From a virus (taxonomy: Duplodnaviria > Heunggongvirae > Uroviricota > Caudoviricetes): a stretch of 64,000 bases of DNA. Shown here piece by piece: positions 48,015 to 58,882 of this stretch. Location of the stretch: IMG/VR virus record IMGVR_UViG_3300017705_000602, one strand, 5' to 3'. How positions within the stretch are numbered: position 1 is the stretch's first letter; every line of letters starts with the position of its first letter. Below the pieces are notes generated by a model. That model made no database searches. It saw only the letters and a list, made by a program, of their open reading frames with translations, and was not told the DNA's origin. The translations under genes and the position numbers were made by a program.

Positions 48015-50000
48015 ATGTCGGACATTAGAAAATGGATGCAGATTTTATCCGAAGACAGTATCGAACAAGGTTCCGCGGTCAAGTTGTCCGATGACTATGG
48101 CGGCGGAATTGGAACATTTGAACGACTGTCTGAAGATAATCCTGATATCGCAGTTATAAACGTTAAAGGTACTGCACAAGAGATACCTTTAACTTCTCTA
48201 CAAAAGGTTCTTGATCAAGATCACGAATACGGTGAAGACCCTTGTTATAATATAACCCCTGATCTTTTTGAGCCAGGCGCTAGTGTTCGTGTTAAAAACC
48301 TTTACGGTGGTGGTACTGGCGATGGCTACGGTGTGTTTGTTGCTTATTCAACAGACGGTCAAACAGCAATTGTTAATGTTGACAGCGAAGAAAGATCAAT
48401 ACCAGTTGATTTAGTGTATCCTGCAGACGAACAATGTGCAAAAGATAATTTTGCATCTGTTGGTAGCGATGGATCACAGTCACCTTTCACATCAGCTGGA
48501 GATAACGTACAAGATAAAGGAATATCAAAAATGAGCGACATGGAACGCTGGATGGATGCAGTATCGAATCCTAAGCAAGCCCCAGTTCAAGAAACTGAGT
48601 GCAACGATTGCGATTGCGGAGATTACGAGTGTACTACTTGTTTTCCGTTGTCCGAAGATGAATTAAGTTACGAAAGTATGTGTTCTGAAGAACCTGCCGC
48701 TGAAGAAGAAGATCTAGTTGAACTAGACATTGACAACAGCGAACATTACCCAGAAGACGATCTTGAAGACGAACCGGAACCACGTGTTGGCGATGACGAA
48801 GCAGTTGATATCGATTTAGGCGATGCAATGCCGTATGATAACACATTCGATGAACCGGACGCAGGTGTAGAATTAGGTGCATCAGAAGACGTTTCGGATT
48901 TACTTAGCAAGATCGATTATGTGCAAAACATGGGCATGTCAATGACTGATAGACATTACGATGTCGACCAGTTAATGAAAATGAAGCCGGACGCTATTAA
49001 ACGTATCTATGCTAAGGTAATTGGCGAAGCAATGGGCGAAAGCATCGAAGCAGATTTATTTGCAGAAGATCTTGGAAACAGCAGTGACGACGGTTCGGAC
49101 AGCTTATTAGTTGGCGACCCCGACGAAGGCAGAACATACACTTTAGTTGAGCCAGGTGACACTGTAATGTTTAAAGGGCATCAACTGGTTTATCAAGGCT
49201 TTTATCCTAAAGATGAAAACTATGCAGTTGTTGAGCTTAAAGGTCAACGAAAAATAGTTCCGATTGTGGACTTTACCAAGCATGCGGTACCAGGTGAAAT
49301 GGTTGAAACTGCATCAGGGTCAGTCAGTGTCGGTCCAGGTCTTGGTAAAATTCAAGATCGAGCAGGCGTATACGAAGCAAGCTCAATTGACCCTGCTGAA
49401 CTTAAATCGCTAGAAAGAATGGATGTCGAATCAGCTAAAGCAAAAGCCGCTGAAATGATACAAGGTTCTAAAACTTCCGATAAGCGTAAAGCACAGTTAG
49501 TACATAACGTGAGCAAATCGCGCAATGTTGTACAAGTATTACAGTTGATGTATAACTTGATGCTGTCGGGCGATGGCTTATCTACTGTAGGCTCTAAATG
49601 GCAGAAGAAGTACAACGAAGCGGTACAACCGCACCGCGGGAACGATACCGAAATATTCCGTGAGTTCAACGACGATGGCGAACTAGATCGTATGCGCCAG
49701 CTTGCTGGACTACGCGACGACGGCATTAACTCTGGTGCGCTTACACGCGATGACTTTAAAGATATGTTCTGGGATTACTGGGATAAGTCTAGCCCATCGT
49801 CACAGCATCAGTATCTAACAGCAGTGTTAGGCGATGACACTAATATCGAAGACTTTAGTGATGCGGCAGTTGAAGTGCTTGATCACATATTGAATGCTCA
49901 AGATCCAGCAGTTGTAGACAAGCAATTGCACATGCTACGTAGAATTGGAATGCCATTAATGTCAGTTTGTCCTGACACCGGCGAGTTTTATCCTGCATAA
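48015..50000 (+). CDS. Large acidic putative internal head protein
   Basis: Late motif upstream; three SH3/KOW-like beta repeats; RMRQLAGL motif. Confidence 0.6.
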   Translation: MSDIRKWMQILSEDSIEQGSAVKLSDDYGGGIGTFERLSEDNPDIAVINVKGTAQEIPLTSLQKVLDQDHEYGEDPCYNITPDLFEPGASVRVKNLYGGGTGDGYGVFVAYSTDGQTAIVNVDSEERSIPVDLVYPADEQCAKDNFASVGSDGSQSPFTSAGDNVQDKGISKMSDMERWMDAVSNPKQAPVQETECNDCDCGDYECTTCFPLSEDELSYESMCSEEPAAEEEDLVELDIDNSEHYPEDDLEDEPEPRVGDDEAVDIDLGDAMPYDNTFDEPDAGVELGASEDVSDLLSKIDYVQNMGMSMTDRHYDVDQLMKMKPDAIKRIYAKVIGEAMGESIEADLFAEDLGNSSDDGSDSLLVGDPDEGRTYTLVEPGDTVMFKGHQLVYQGFYPKDENYAVVELKGQRKIVPIVDFTKHAVPGEMVETASGSVSVGPGLGKIQDRAGVYEASSIDPAELKSLERMDVESAKAKAAEMIQGSKTSDKRKAQLVHNVSKSRNVVQVLQLMYNLMLSGDGLSTVGSKWQKKYNEAVQPHRGNDTEIFREFNDDGELDRMRQLAGLRDDGINSGALTRDDFKDMFWDYWDKSSPSSQHQYLTAVLGDDTNIEDFSDAAVEVLDHILNAQDPAVVDKQLHMLRRIGMPLMSVCPDTGEFYPA

Positions 50001-50012
50001 CATGCAATAACA

Positions 50013-50038
50013 AAAAAAGGCGCATTTGCGCCTTTTTT
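50013..50038. terminator. Bidirectional rho-independent terminator
   Basis: AAAAAAGGCGC-attt-GCGCCTTTTTT. Confidence 0.9.
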
Positions 50039-50039
50039 A

Positions 50040-50068
50040 TTGACTTTATTTTAGGACTCGTGTATACT
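50040..50068 (+). promoter_or_regulatory. sigma70-type promoter
   Basis: TTGACT-17 nt-TATACT right after the terminator. Confidence 0.8.
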
Positions 50069-50093
50069 AGCTAGGTAATACAAGGAGTATCGT

Positions 50094-50363
50094 ATGCAAG
50101 TATCTAAACATGCTGAAAAAAGAATACGTAAACGCTTAGGGATACCACGTAAAGCAATTGCAAAGTTTATCGATGAAGCCGAAACACGCGGCACACCTTT
50201 AAACCAATTCAAGGGCAGAGTAAAGAAATTTTACGATGCAATATCAATTAGACACAGTGCCGGAAACAAAACATTTAGTTATCGTGACTATCTGTTTATT
50301 ATGCAAGACGATATATTAATCACTGTGTACGAAGTTCCAAAATATCTACAAGGAAAAGTATGA
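50094..50363 (+). CDS. Small basic hypothetical protein
   Basis: AAGGAG RBS; SKHAEKRIRKR...ILITVY. Confidence 0.7.
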   Translation: MQVSKHAEKRIRKRLGIPRKAIAKFIDEAETRGTPLNQFKGRVKKFYDAISIRHSAGNKTFSYRDYLFIMQDDILITVYEVPKYLQGKV

Positions 50364-51145
50364 CAACACAACGAGAAAATTTCTTGTCTCGTTTAGCAAT
50401 GCTAGACACAGAGACCACAGGCAAAGACTACAAGACTTGCGAAGTTATCGAAATGGGCTTAGCCTATAAAGAAAACGGCAAGTGGGTCGAAGCATCTAAA
50501 CTGTACAAGCCTGACGAACCTATCAAGCCAGAATGCTCCGCAGTAACAAACATCACAAATCGCATGGTTGAAGACAGCCCTAGCTTTTTCGAAGAAGTTA
50601 CAGCTTGGGACACTATTGTAAAAGAAGCAGTACAAAACATTCCGGTTATTGGTGTTGCCCACAATTCGTTTTATGACCAAAAAGTACTAGAACGATATGG
50701 CTTTACTATGGGTCAGTGGCTATGCACACTCAAAATTGCCAAAAAACTATATGCAGACGATGACACTGTTACTGCCGCTAACTTACCTTACTTGAGATAC
50801 TACTTTGACGTTGAGCTCGACGAAGGATTGTCCAATCACCGCGCTGGCACAGACTGTGTTATTACAGCACTTGTACTTGAACGCATGCTTGACGATATGG
50901 AAAGTAAAGGTATTATCGACCCTGAACTTGATTATTACGATCAAATTCAAGATTGGCTGATGAAACCGACACTGTTAAAGAAAGTGCCTTTCGGAAAACA
51001 TCGTGGATTAAGTTTCGAAGAAGTGCCAATGAGTTATTGGTCTTGGGCGTTAGACAACATGGAATCGCTTAACGAAAACAGCGAACAGTACGACCCTGAT
51101 TTGGCAGCAAGTGTTATTGCTGCCGTTGAAAAGACAATGGGTTAG
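50360..51145 (+). CDS. DEDDh 3'-5' exonuclease (ExoX-like)
   Basis: LDTETTG, AHNSFYD, HRAGTD; C-terminal PFGKHRG module. Confidence 0.9.
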   Translation: MTTQRENFLSRLAMLDTETTGKDYKTCEVIEMGLAYKENGKWVEASKLYKPDEPIKPECSAVTNITNRMVEDSPSFFEEVTAWDTIVKEAVQNIPVIGVAHNSFYDQKVLERYGFTMGQWLCTLKIAKKLYADDDTVTAANLPYLRYYFDVELDEGLSNHRAGTDCVITALVLERMLDDMESKGIIDPELDYYDQIQDWLMKPTLLKKVPFGKHRGLSFEEVPMSYWSWALDNMESLNENSEQYDPDLAASVIAAVEKTMG

Positions 51146-51426
51146 TCGAACATTTCTTTGTCGTATGGTAAACCGGCTCTGCGTTGAGTAACCTGTTTAC
51201 CTCTATAGCCTGCTGATTGTCGTGTATCTTCTGCAGGCTTAGTAGTCATTGGATCTTGCGTAGGCGCATGATCATCGGTATCGTACACAAACATTTCGCC
51301 GCGCTTGTAAAAGTCACGAAATAACTTTCTGTACCTACCTTTGTTTTGGTCTGCATACTCGTTGGCTTCGGCATTGTCTGCTTCGTAGCTTTGGTAAGCT
51401 TCATTTAAAATGTCAGTAACTTTCAT
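51142..51426 (-). CDS. Small putative virion protein
   Basis: AGGAG RBS, late motif upstream, MKVTDILNEA N-terminus. Confidence 0.7.
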   Translation of the reverse strand: MKVTDILNEAYQSYEADNAEANEYADQNKGRYRKLFRDFYKRGEMFVYDTDDHAPTQDPMTTKPAEDTRQSAGYRGKQVTQRRAGLPYDKEMFD

Positions 51427-51444
51427 AATAACTCCTGTATAACG

Positions 51445-51452
51445 TATTTATC
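51445..51452 (-). promoter_or_regulatory. Late-type promoter motif (minus strand)
   Basis: TATTTATC = GATAAATA on the minus strand, 18 nt before ATG 51426. Confidence 0.7.
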
Positions 51453-51455
51453 TTG

Positions 51456-51484
51456 TTGACAAGGTAACTGATGTTTGTTATACT
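51456..51484 (+). promoter_or_regulatory. sigma70-type promoter for clpP
   Basis: TTGACA-17 nt-TATACT with TGn. Confidence 0.85.
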
Positions 51485-51528
51485 GTGTTTCTAGTTTAGT
51501 ATTGTAAACACAAAAGAGAGAGCACAAT

Positions 51529-52149
51529 ATGTCATTAGTTCCAATGGTTATCGAACAAACTTCTAAAGGTGAGCGTTCATACGACATCTTTTCTCGCTTG
51601 TTAAAAGAACGTATTATCTTTTTAACCGGCCCTGTTGAAGATCACATGGCAAATTTAATTGTCGCACAGCTTTTGTTTTTAGACAGTGAATCAAAAACAA
51701 AGCCAGTTAGCATGTACATTGACTCACCCGGTGGCGCAGTAACAGCAGGTTTGAGCATTTACAACACCATGCAAGCAATTGGTGCTCCGGTGTATACGTA
51801 TGTAACCGGTCAAGCTTGTTCCATGGGCTCGTTTCTTGCACAAGCAGGTCATGCAGGCAATCGTTATGTAATGCCCGAATCTCGTACAATGATACATCGT
51901 GTTAGCTCAGGTACGCACGGTACAAAAGGTTCTGTGCATGTACAGGAACTTGAGATCGAAGATATCAAACGATCGTTCGAAGAAAGTCAGCGCATTAACC
52001 AGCGCCTAACTGAACTTTACGAAAAGCATAACAGCGCAGGCAAAAAATACGATGAGTTGTTTAGCACCATGAAGTTCGATACATTTATGTCGGCGCAAGA
52101 AGCTGTTGATTTCGGTCTTGCCGATAAAGTGTTTGAGAACGGTCAGTAA
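51529..52149 (+). CDS. clpP: ClpP protease
   Basis: [21 protein letters not shown] (Ser), MIH (His), DTFMS (Asp). Confidence 0.96.
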   Translation: MSLVPMVIEQTSKGERSYDIFSRLLKERIIFLTGPVEDHMANLIVAQLLFLDSESKTKPVSMYIDSPGGAVTAGLSIYNTMQAIGAPVYTYVTGQACSMGSFLAQAGHAGNRYVMPESRTMIHRVSSGTHGTKGSVHVQELEIEDIKRSFEESQRINQRLTELYEKHNSAGKKYDELFSTMKFDTFMSAQEAVDFGLADKVFENGQ

Positions 52150-52151
52150 CA

Positions 52152-52439
52152 GTGAACGTTATCGATTACGACACTGAGGCGACTTTTCGCCTCAGTGACG
52201 AGTTGAAAATGCTAGTGCAATTTGCAGAAACAAAGTACTTTAGGTTTTCGTTAGCAAACAGAACAGATGTACTTGACTACAAAGAAGAAACAGCAGAAAA
52301 TATCAACAGTCAGGATTATGTTGTTAGACTTGATAAGACTTCGCACGTTGTTTTGTCAGGGCAAGTTTATTCGAAAGTGGTTGATCGTGCAATTGGTGTA
52401 ATACACGGACTAACAGGAACAACAATAACACTTAACTAA
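52152..52439 (+). CDS. Hypothetical protein
   Basis: GTG start, 95 aa; the start may be downstream of the hairpin. Confidence 0.55.
   Translation: MNVIDYDTEATFRLSDELKMLVQFAETKYFRFSLANRTDVLDYKEETAENINSQDYVVRLDKTSHVVLSGQVYSKVVDRAIGVIHGLTGTTITLN
52172..52197. repeat. 11-bp perfect inverted repeat downstream of clpP
   Basis: CACTGAGGCGA-cttt-TCGCCTCAGTG. Confidence 0.85.
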
Positions 52440-52450
52440 GGATTTTTGAT

Positions 52451-52621
52451 ATGGACATCAAAGATAAAGCAAAAATTATATACTCTGCACCACGCGAGGA
52501 CCTTGAGATATTGCTCGAGAACTATCGCGCATTGCTTCGTGTTTCCGAGACACACAATGAGCGTTTGTCGTTAATTGCATTAAAAAATGCAACCAAGCAC
52601 CAACTCAAGGTGATTAAATAA
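52451..52621 (+). CDS. Small ORF missing from the track (56 aa)
   Basis: AAGGA RBS, MDIKDKAKIIYSAPRED..., TAATG junction with the next gene. Confidence 0.6.
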   Translation: MDIKDKAKIIYSAPREDLEILLENYRALLRVSETHNERLSLIALKNATKHQLKVIK

Positions 52622-52938
52622 TGGCTTATATTCGCTCTTCCATATCATCGCCTTTGTCAGATCGACTACACCAAAACGGTCTAGGACAGCTAATAAGTGT
52701 TAATGTAGCATCCGAAACCGCCATGTATGGAAATCATCAGGGGTCACCATACGGTACTCAGATTGAATATTGTATTTCAATTCGAAATGCATCGATTTCG
52801 GATATTCATACATTTGAGGATGCTTTGCTGATTGATCATGAATTTGTTCGCATGAAACGAATCGTCGAGTCAAATCCCGAACTTAAAGAATTGTACGAAA
52901 AGTACGAGACGTTAGACGCACTTGAAGGTAACCAATAA
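52621..52938 (+). CDS. Hypothetical protein
   Basis: 105 aa, TAATG junctions. Confidence 0.65.
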   Translation: MAYIRSSISSPLSDRLHQNGLGQLISVNVASETAMYGNHQGSPYGTQIEYCISIRNASISDIHTFEDALLIDHEFVRMKRIVESNPELKELYEKYETLDALEGNQ

Positions 52939-53789
52939 TGGCAAAATTTGCATTTGCATCTGATCTGCATCTTGAATTCATGGCCGAAGACAACGATGCT
53001 ATGGACGCTTTAATACAAGCACTTGCACCGAATACAGAAAATGCCGATGCATTTGTGTTAGCTGGTGATATTATTGAAGCTCGTCTTTTAGTGCTCACTG
53101 CCGACTCATCCAAGTACAACATGACACAGAATGCACTTCGCTTGTTTGAAGCTATTGCTAACAATTATCCACAGGTGTTTTATATCATGGGCAACCATGA
53201 GCATTATCGCGGAAAACTGCAAAAGTCAAAACAGCTGATTGAACAGGCCATGTCGCATGTGCCGAACTTTCGTGTGCTTGATAATGACGTTGACCAAGTC
53301 GGTGATGTGCATGTGTTTGGTTCGACATTCTGGACAGATTGCGGTGGCCCAGCAAACGAATGGTTTGTGCAACGCGGTATGAATGATTATAGATTGATAA
53401 CCACTGCAAACCCTACATATCGTAAACTACGTGCTTCTGACACAGTATTGGAACACAGTCGCAGTGTTACTATGCTGAGAGAGTTCTTGAGGCAAAAAAC
53501 CGACGAAAAAGTAGCAGTTTTTACACATCATGCACCCCATATTGGCATGATAGATGCGTTTTATCGCAACCAGACAAACAACTACCTAAACTACGCTTTT
53601 TACTCTGATCAGAGCAAGCTGATCGAAGCGCACGATAATTTACGACTTTGGATATCAGGTCATACCCATTCTCGTATACGCGACAAGATAAGTAACACCG
53701 ACACTGTATCGCATGCACTGGGATATTATCGTCACGAAATAAACTTGTCGGACATTAAGAATTATCAACCTGGGATAATACAAATATGA
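52938..53789 (+). CDS. Calcineurin-like metallophosphoesterase
   Basis: SDLHLE, LAGD, GNHEHY, THHAP, SGHTH. Confidence 0.9.
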   Translation: MAKFAFASDLHLEFMAEDNDAMDALIQALAPNTENADAFVLAGDIIEARLLVLTADSSKYNMTQNALRLFEAIANNYPQVFYIMGNHEHYRGKLQKSKQLIEQAMSHVPNFRVLDNDVDQVGDVHVFGSTFWTDCGGPANEWFVQRGMNDYRLITTANPTYRKLRASDTVLEHSRSVTMLREFLRQKTDEKVAVFTHHAPHIGMIDAFYRNQTNNYLNYAFYSDQSKLIEAHDNLRLWISGHTHSRIRDKISNTDTVSHALGYYRHEINLSDIKNYQPGIIQI

Positions 53790-54301
53790 CATTTGTTGAG
53801 TATTTAAAAATTACAGACGAAATGGGCGACAGTGTAGCAATGGTTGTTATAAGCTGTTCGGCATTGATAATTGGCTGCAACATGGACAGCAATACAGCGT
53901 CTGTGGTGTGGTGGTTTATCGCAATTATTTTTGGCTTTTTTGGACTCGGTAAAATACGCCTGGAGTTTCAGCGTTACAGTGAGCTATCGTATCCGGTAAT
54001 TGAAATATACAACAAAATGAAAAGTGATACTGCGTCATTCACAGTCACTGATACACTGGCTGTATATCACGGCGAAAACGGTGACATTGAATATACCCGG
54101 TATATACCCGGCGGCATAGTCAATTACGACATGCAGTGCTTTACTCTTAACGAAAGGACTGTGCTAGAAAAGCCTTTCCGAGACGTACTTGTTGCCGCAA
54201 ACGAAGCAACAGATAAAAAACAGATACAATGTGAAAAACGCGAAGGGTTCGCGAATATATTTGGCATAAGCAAGGATAGCAATGAAAAAAACAAATTTTG
54301 A
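53786..54301 (+). CDS. Membrane-anchored hypothetical protein
   Basis: Two N-terminal hydrophobic segments. Confidence 0.65.
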   Translation: MTFVEYLKITDEMGDSVAMVVISCSALIIGCNMDSNTASVVWWFIAIIFGFFGLGKIRLEFQRYSELSYPVIEIYNKMKSDTASFTVTDTLAVYHGENGDIEYTRYIPGGIVNYDMQCFTLNERTVLEKPFRDVLVAANEATDKKQIQCEKREGFANIFGISKDSNEKNKF

Positions 54302-54788
54302 AAATGTAGCAGAATTGAACCGTGTGTTCAACATGTCAGTAACCGAAGCCAAGGATATCAATTGGGATGTACTTGAGCATCAGTTTAATGTAATACGCGA
54401 AGAATTCGAAGAATTGCGCGACAAAGGCTTAGGCGCTAAAAACTGGAAAGAAGTCAAAGACGGCATCGGCGATATACTTGTGGTTGCATATGGCATGGCA
54501 TATCGTTGTAACCTAGACGCTGATTTACTTATGGACAACATCAGTGACAGCAACTTTTCTAAGCTATGCAAAAACGCAGACGAAGTTACTGCCACAGTTA
54601 AGTATTACGATTCAATTGGTGTTGTTACACGAGTCGAAGAAACTACGCTTAACGGTGTTCGTGTCTGGGCAATCAAGAGTGCCAAAGATCAGCATTATGT
54701 CGAAGGCGGCGAAGACAAGTTTGCCAAAGATGGCAAGTTTCTCAAGTGCGTTAACTGGCATGAGCCTGACTTGAATGTCGAACTTTGA
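54282..54788 (+). CDS. MazG/PRA-PH-like nucleotide pyrophosphohydrolase
   Basis: REEFEEL...EVKDGIGDILVVAYG...SNFSK. Confidence 0.8.
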   Translation: MKKTNFENVAELNRVFNMSVTEAKDINWDVLEHQFNVIREEFEELRDKGLGAKNWKEVKDGIGDILVVAYGMAYRCNLDADLLMDNISDSNFSKLCKNADEVTATVKYYDSIGVVTRVEETTLNGVRVWAIKSAKDQHYVEGGEDKFAKDGKFLKCVNWHEPDLNVEL

Positions 54789-55085
54789 TTACAAAGATTG
54801 CACGCTAACTTATTTTGTTGAGCACATATCGTACATGTTCGAAGACGAAGTATCACAAATTGTAAACCGTGCAATCAGCAAAGTTGTAACAAATTATGCA
54901 ATGGCTATTACGCCAACTATTACACGATTAGAAGGTGCCACCGATCGTCGCCATGCAAACATAAAATACATAGGGTATTATTGCGTAGTGATATTTGAAT
55001 CAGACGAAGACCGTGCATACTTTAAGCTGGCAGTTCCAAGCCATGTAGAGTTTCATCGCCGAATTAGCGAGGTCATGCACGAATT

Positions 55086-55089
<4 letters not shown>
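54775..55089 (+). CDS. Hypothetical protein
   Basis: 104 aa; IFESDEDRAYFKL. Confidence 0.6.
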
Positions 55090-57121
<2,032 letters not shown>

Positions 57122-57125
57122 AAGG

Positions 57126-57145
57126 ACAGGGGCGCAAGCCCCTGT
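57126..57145 (+). other. GNRA-capped stem-loop after groEL
   Basis: ACAGGGGC-GCAA-GCCCCTGT, no U-tract. Confidence 0.7.
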
Positions 57146-57151
57146 AATCTT

Positions 57152-57736
57152 ATGGACATTGATACAGTAGTACAAGCGCAACTGAACACAAAATATTGGC
57201 GTCCACGAACGTTAGAGCATGCAGTACAGTACATTTACGGTACTTACGAAATTGATGATTACCAAATTCTATTGCTCGATGGCAGTTTAAAACAAGATCT
57301 AAAAGACGATTCGCACCCGGCAACCTGGAAAGAGTTTGAAATACACAGCCGACTTGACAAAGTTGCTTATGATCTAAACCTCGACGAAAAAGGCAGATCA
57401 GTTCGGGCGTATGAAGGGATTCATCATACTGGCTTTTACACTGAACTTGAAGACGATCAGGATCATGTTTATATCGAACTTTCTGTTATCGAAGAAGCCA
57501 CGCAACGAATATCATCGTCCTCGATACGTAAAGTAATAAAAAGAAACTTTAGTAAATATCGCATAACTGAAACTTCTAGTGTAATTGATCCTGAAACTAG
57601 TACTTACTTTAGTCAACTATATGCCTTTGTGAAAAATACATTGACAAGGCGTAAATTCGTTGTTAAAGTTACTAAACAAGAATTAACATATCATATGTTA
57701 ATCGGAAAATTCAGGAAGATGACGTGTACGCGATAA
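57152..57736 (+). CDS. Hypothetical protein
   Basis: 194-aa ORF. Confidence 0.65.
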   Translation: MDIDTVVQAQLNTKYWRPRTLEHAVQYIYGTYEIDDYQILLLDGSLKQDLKDDSHPATWKEFEIHSRLDKVAYDLNLDEKGRSVRAYEGIHHTGFYTELEDDQDHVYIELSVIEEATQRISSSSIRKVIKRNFSKYRITETSSVIDPETSTYFSQLYAFVKNTLTRRKFVVKVTKQELTYHMLIGKFRKMTCTR

Positions 57737-57739
57737 ATA
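57732..57739 (+). promoter_or_regulatory. Late-type promoter motif upstream of nadM-Nudix
   Basis: GATAAATA immediately before the leader hairpin. Confidence 0.5.
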
Positions 57740-57742
57740 AAC

Positions 57743-57795
57743 TTAGTTGGATAGACCGACTAACTTCACAAACATATAAGAGGAATTCTTATGAA
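57743..57795 (+). promoter_or_regulatory. NAD-salvage leader element, copy A
   Basis: TTAGTTGG-ATAGA-CCGACTAA hairpin, then AAACATATAAGAGGAATTCTTATGAA. Confidence 0.7.
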
Positions 57796-58879
57796 TAAAT
57801 CGCACGACATGGCCGTGTTAATTGGCCGCTTTCAACCGTTTCACATCGGGCATAAAGAAAACTTAAAATACACAATCGAGAATTGTACAAAAAATATTCT
57901 TGTTATTGTTGGCTCGAGTTTTCAGCCGCGCACTATTAAAAACCCATTTACATTTGAAGAACGCAAGCGCATGATCGAACAAGAAGTTCGCAGCATCGAC
58001 CCTGATGTAAATTGCACTATAGTTCCGCAACGTGATTATCTTTACGAAGATACCAAATGGGTAAAAGAAGTTCAAGAGCAAATTGCCGAAAATTACAAGA
58101 TATTTAACTATCTTGATTTAACTTCAAGCGACACTGCTAGAAAAAATGTGTGTATTGTCGGTCACGACAAAGATGAATCCACCTATTACTTGTCTTTGTT
58201 TCCGATGTACGATGTAGTCGATCCTGGCAAATTTGTTTGCATTGGCGATCATCAGATCAATGCAACACAAATACGCGAATTGCTGTTTGACAAAGGCATA
58301 GTGTTTGCCAAGTCAGCTGTGCCTCCAAGTACATACAGCATGATCGAAGACTTTGTAGAACAAGGTACCCATGCGCAACTGGTAAAAGAATATCAGTTTA
58401 TTCAAGGTTACAAAAAGCAATGGGAACACTCACCGTATCCACCATCGTTTAACACAGTTGATGCAGTTGTAGTTCAAGGTGGTCACATACTGCTGGTCAA
58501 ACGCAAGGCAGAGCCGGGCAAAGGTTTGTGGGCATTGCCGGGCGGTTTTGTTGACCCGGACGAAACGCTTGAGCAAGCAATGTTACGCGAGTTAAAAGAA
58601 GAGACTCGTATCAGTGTGCCAATGCCAATACTAAAGTCTGGGATCACATATCGTAGACAATTTGATCACCCCAAGCGCAGTTTGCGTGGACGCACATTTA
58701 GCGAAGCATTTTTACTGGAAATACCACTTGACCACAACGGACAGTTGGCCAAAGTCAAGGGCAGTGACGATGCAGAAAAAGCACAATGGATTCCAATAAA
58801 CGAAGCACTTGACATGAGCGAATGCTTGTTCGAGGACCATCATTCAATCATTAGCATGTTAGTTGCAAGGGCAAAATAA
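57791..58879 (+). CDS. nadM: Bifunctional NMN adenylyltransferase / Nudix (ADP-ribose) hydrolase
   Basis: GRFQPFHIGH; INATQIR; Nudix box GGFVDPDETLEQAMLRELKEET. Confidence 0.93.
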   Translation: MNKSHDMAVLIGRFQPFHIGHKENLKYTIENCTKNILVIVGSSFQPRTIKNPFTFEERKRMIEQEVRSIDPDVNCTIVPQRDYLYEDTKWVKEVQEQIAENYKIFNYLDLTSSDTARKNVCIVGHDKDESTYYLSLFPMYDVVDPGKFVCIGDHQINATQIRELLFDKGIVFAKSAVPPSTYSMIEDFVEQGTHAQLVKEYQFIQGYKKQWEHSPYPPSFNTVDAVVVQGGHILLVKRKAEPGKGLWALPGGFVDPDETLEQAMLRELKEETRISVPMPILKSGITYRRQFDHPKRSLRGRTFSEAFLLEIPLDHNGQLAKVKGSDDAEKAQWIPINEALDMSECLFEDHHSIISMLVARAK

Positions 58880-58882
58880 ATT

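Noticed and set aside
57746-57756. NrtR operator (GT-N7-AC) in the nadM leader
   Set aside because: It fits copy A only; copy B has CC in place of GT while keeping the base pairing, which favours RNA structure. No NrtR gene is in the window. Not fully excluded.
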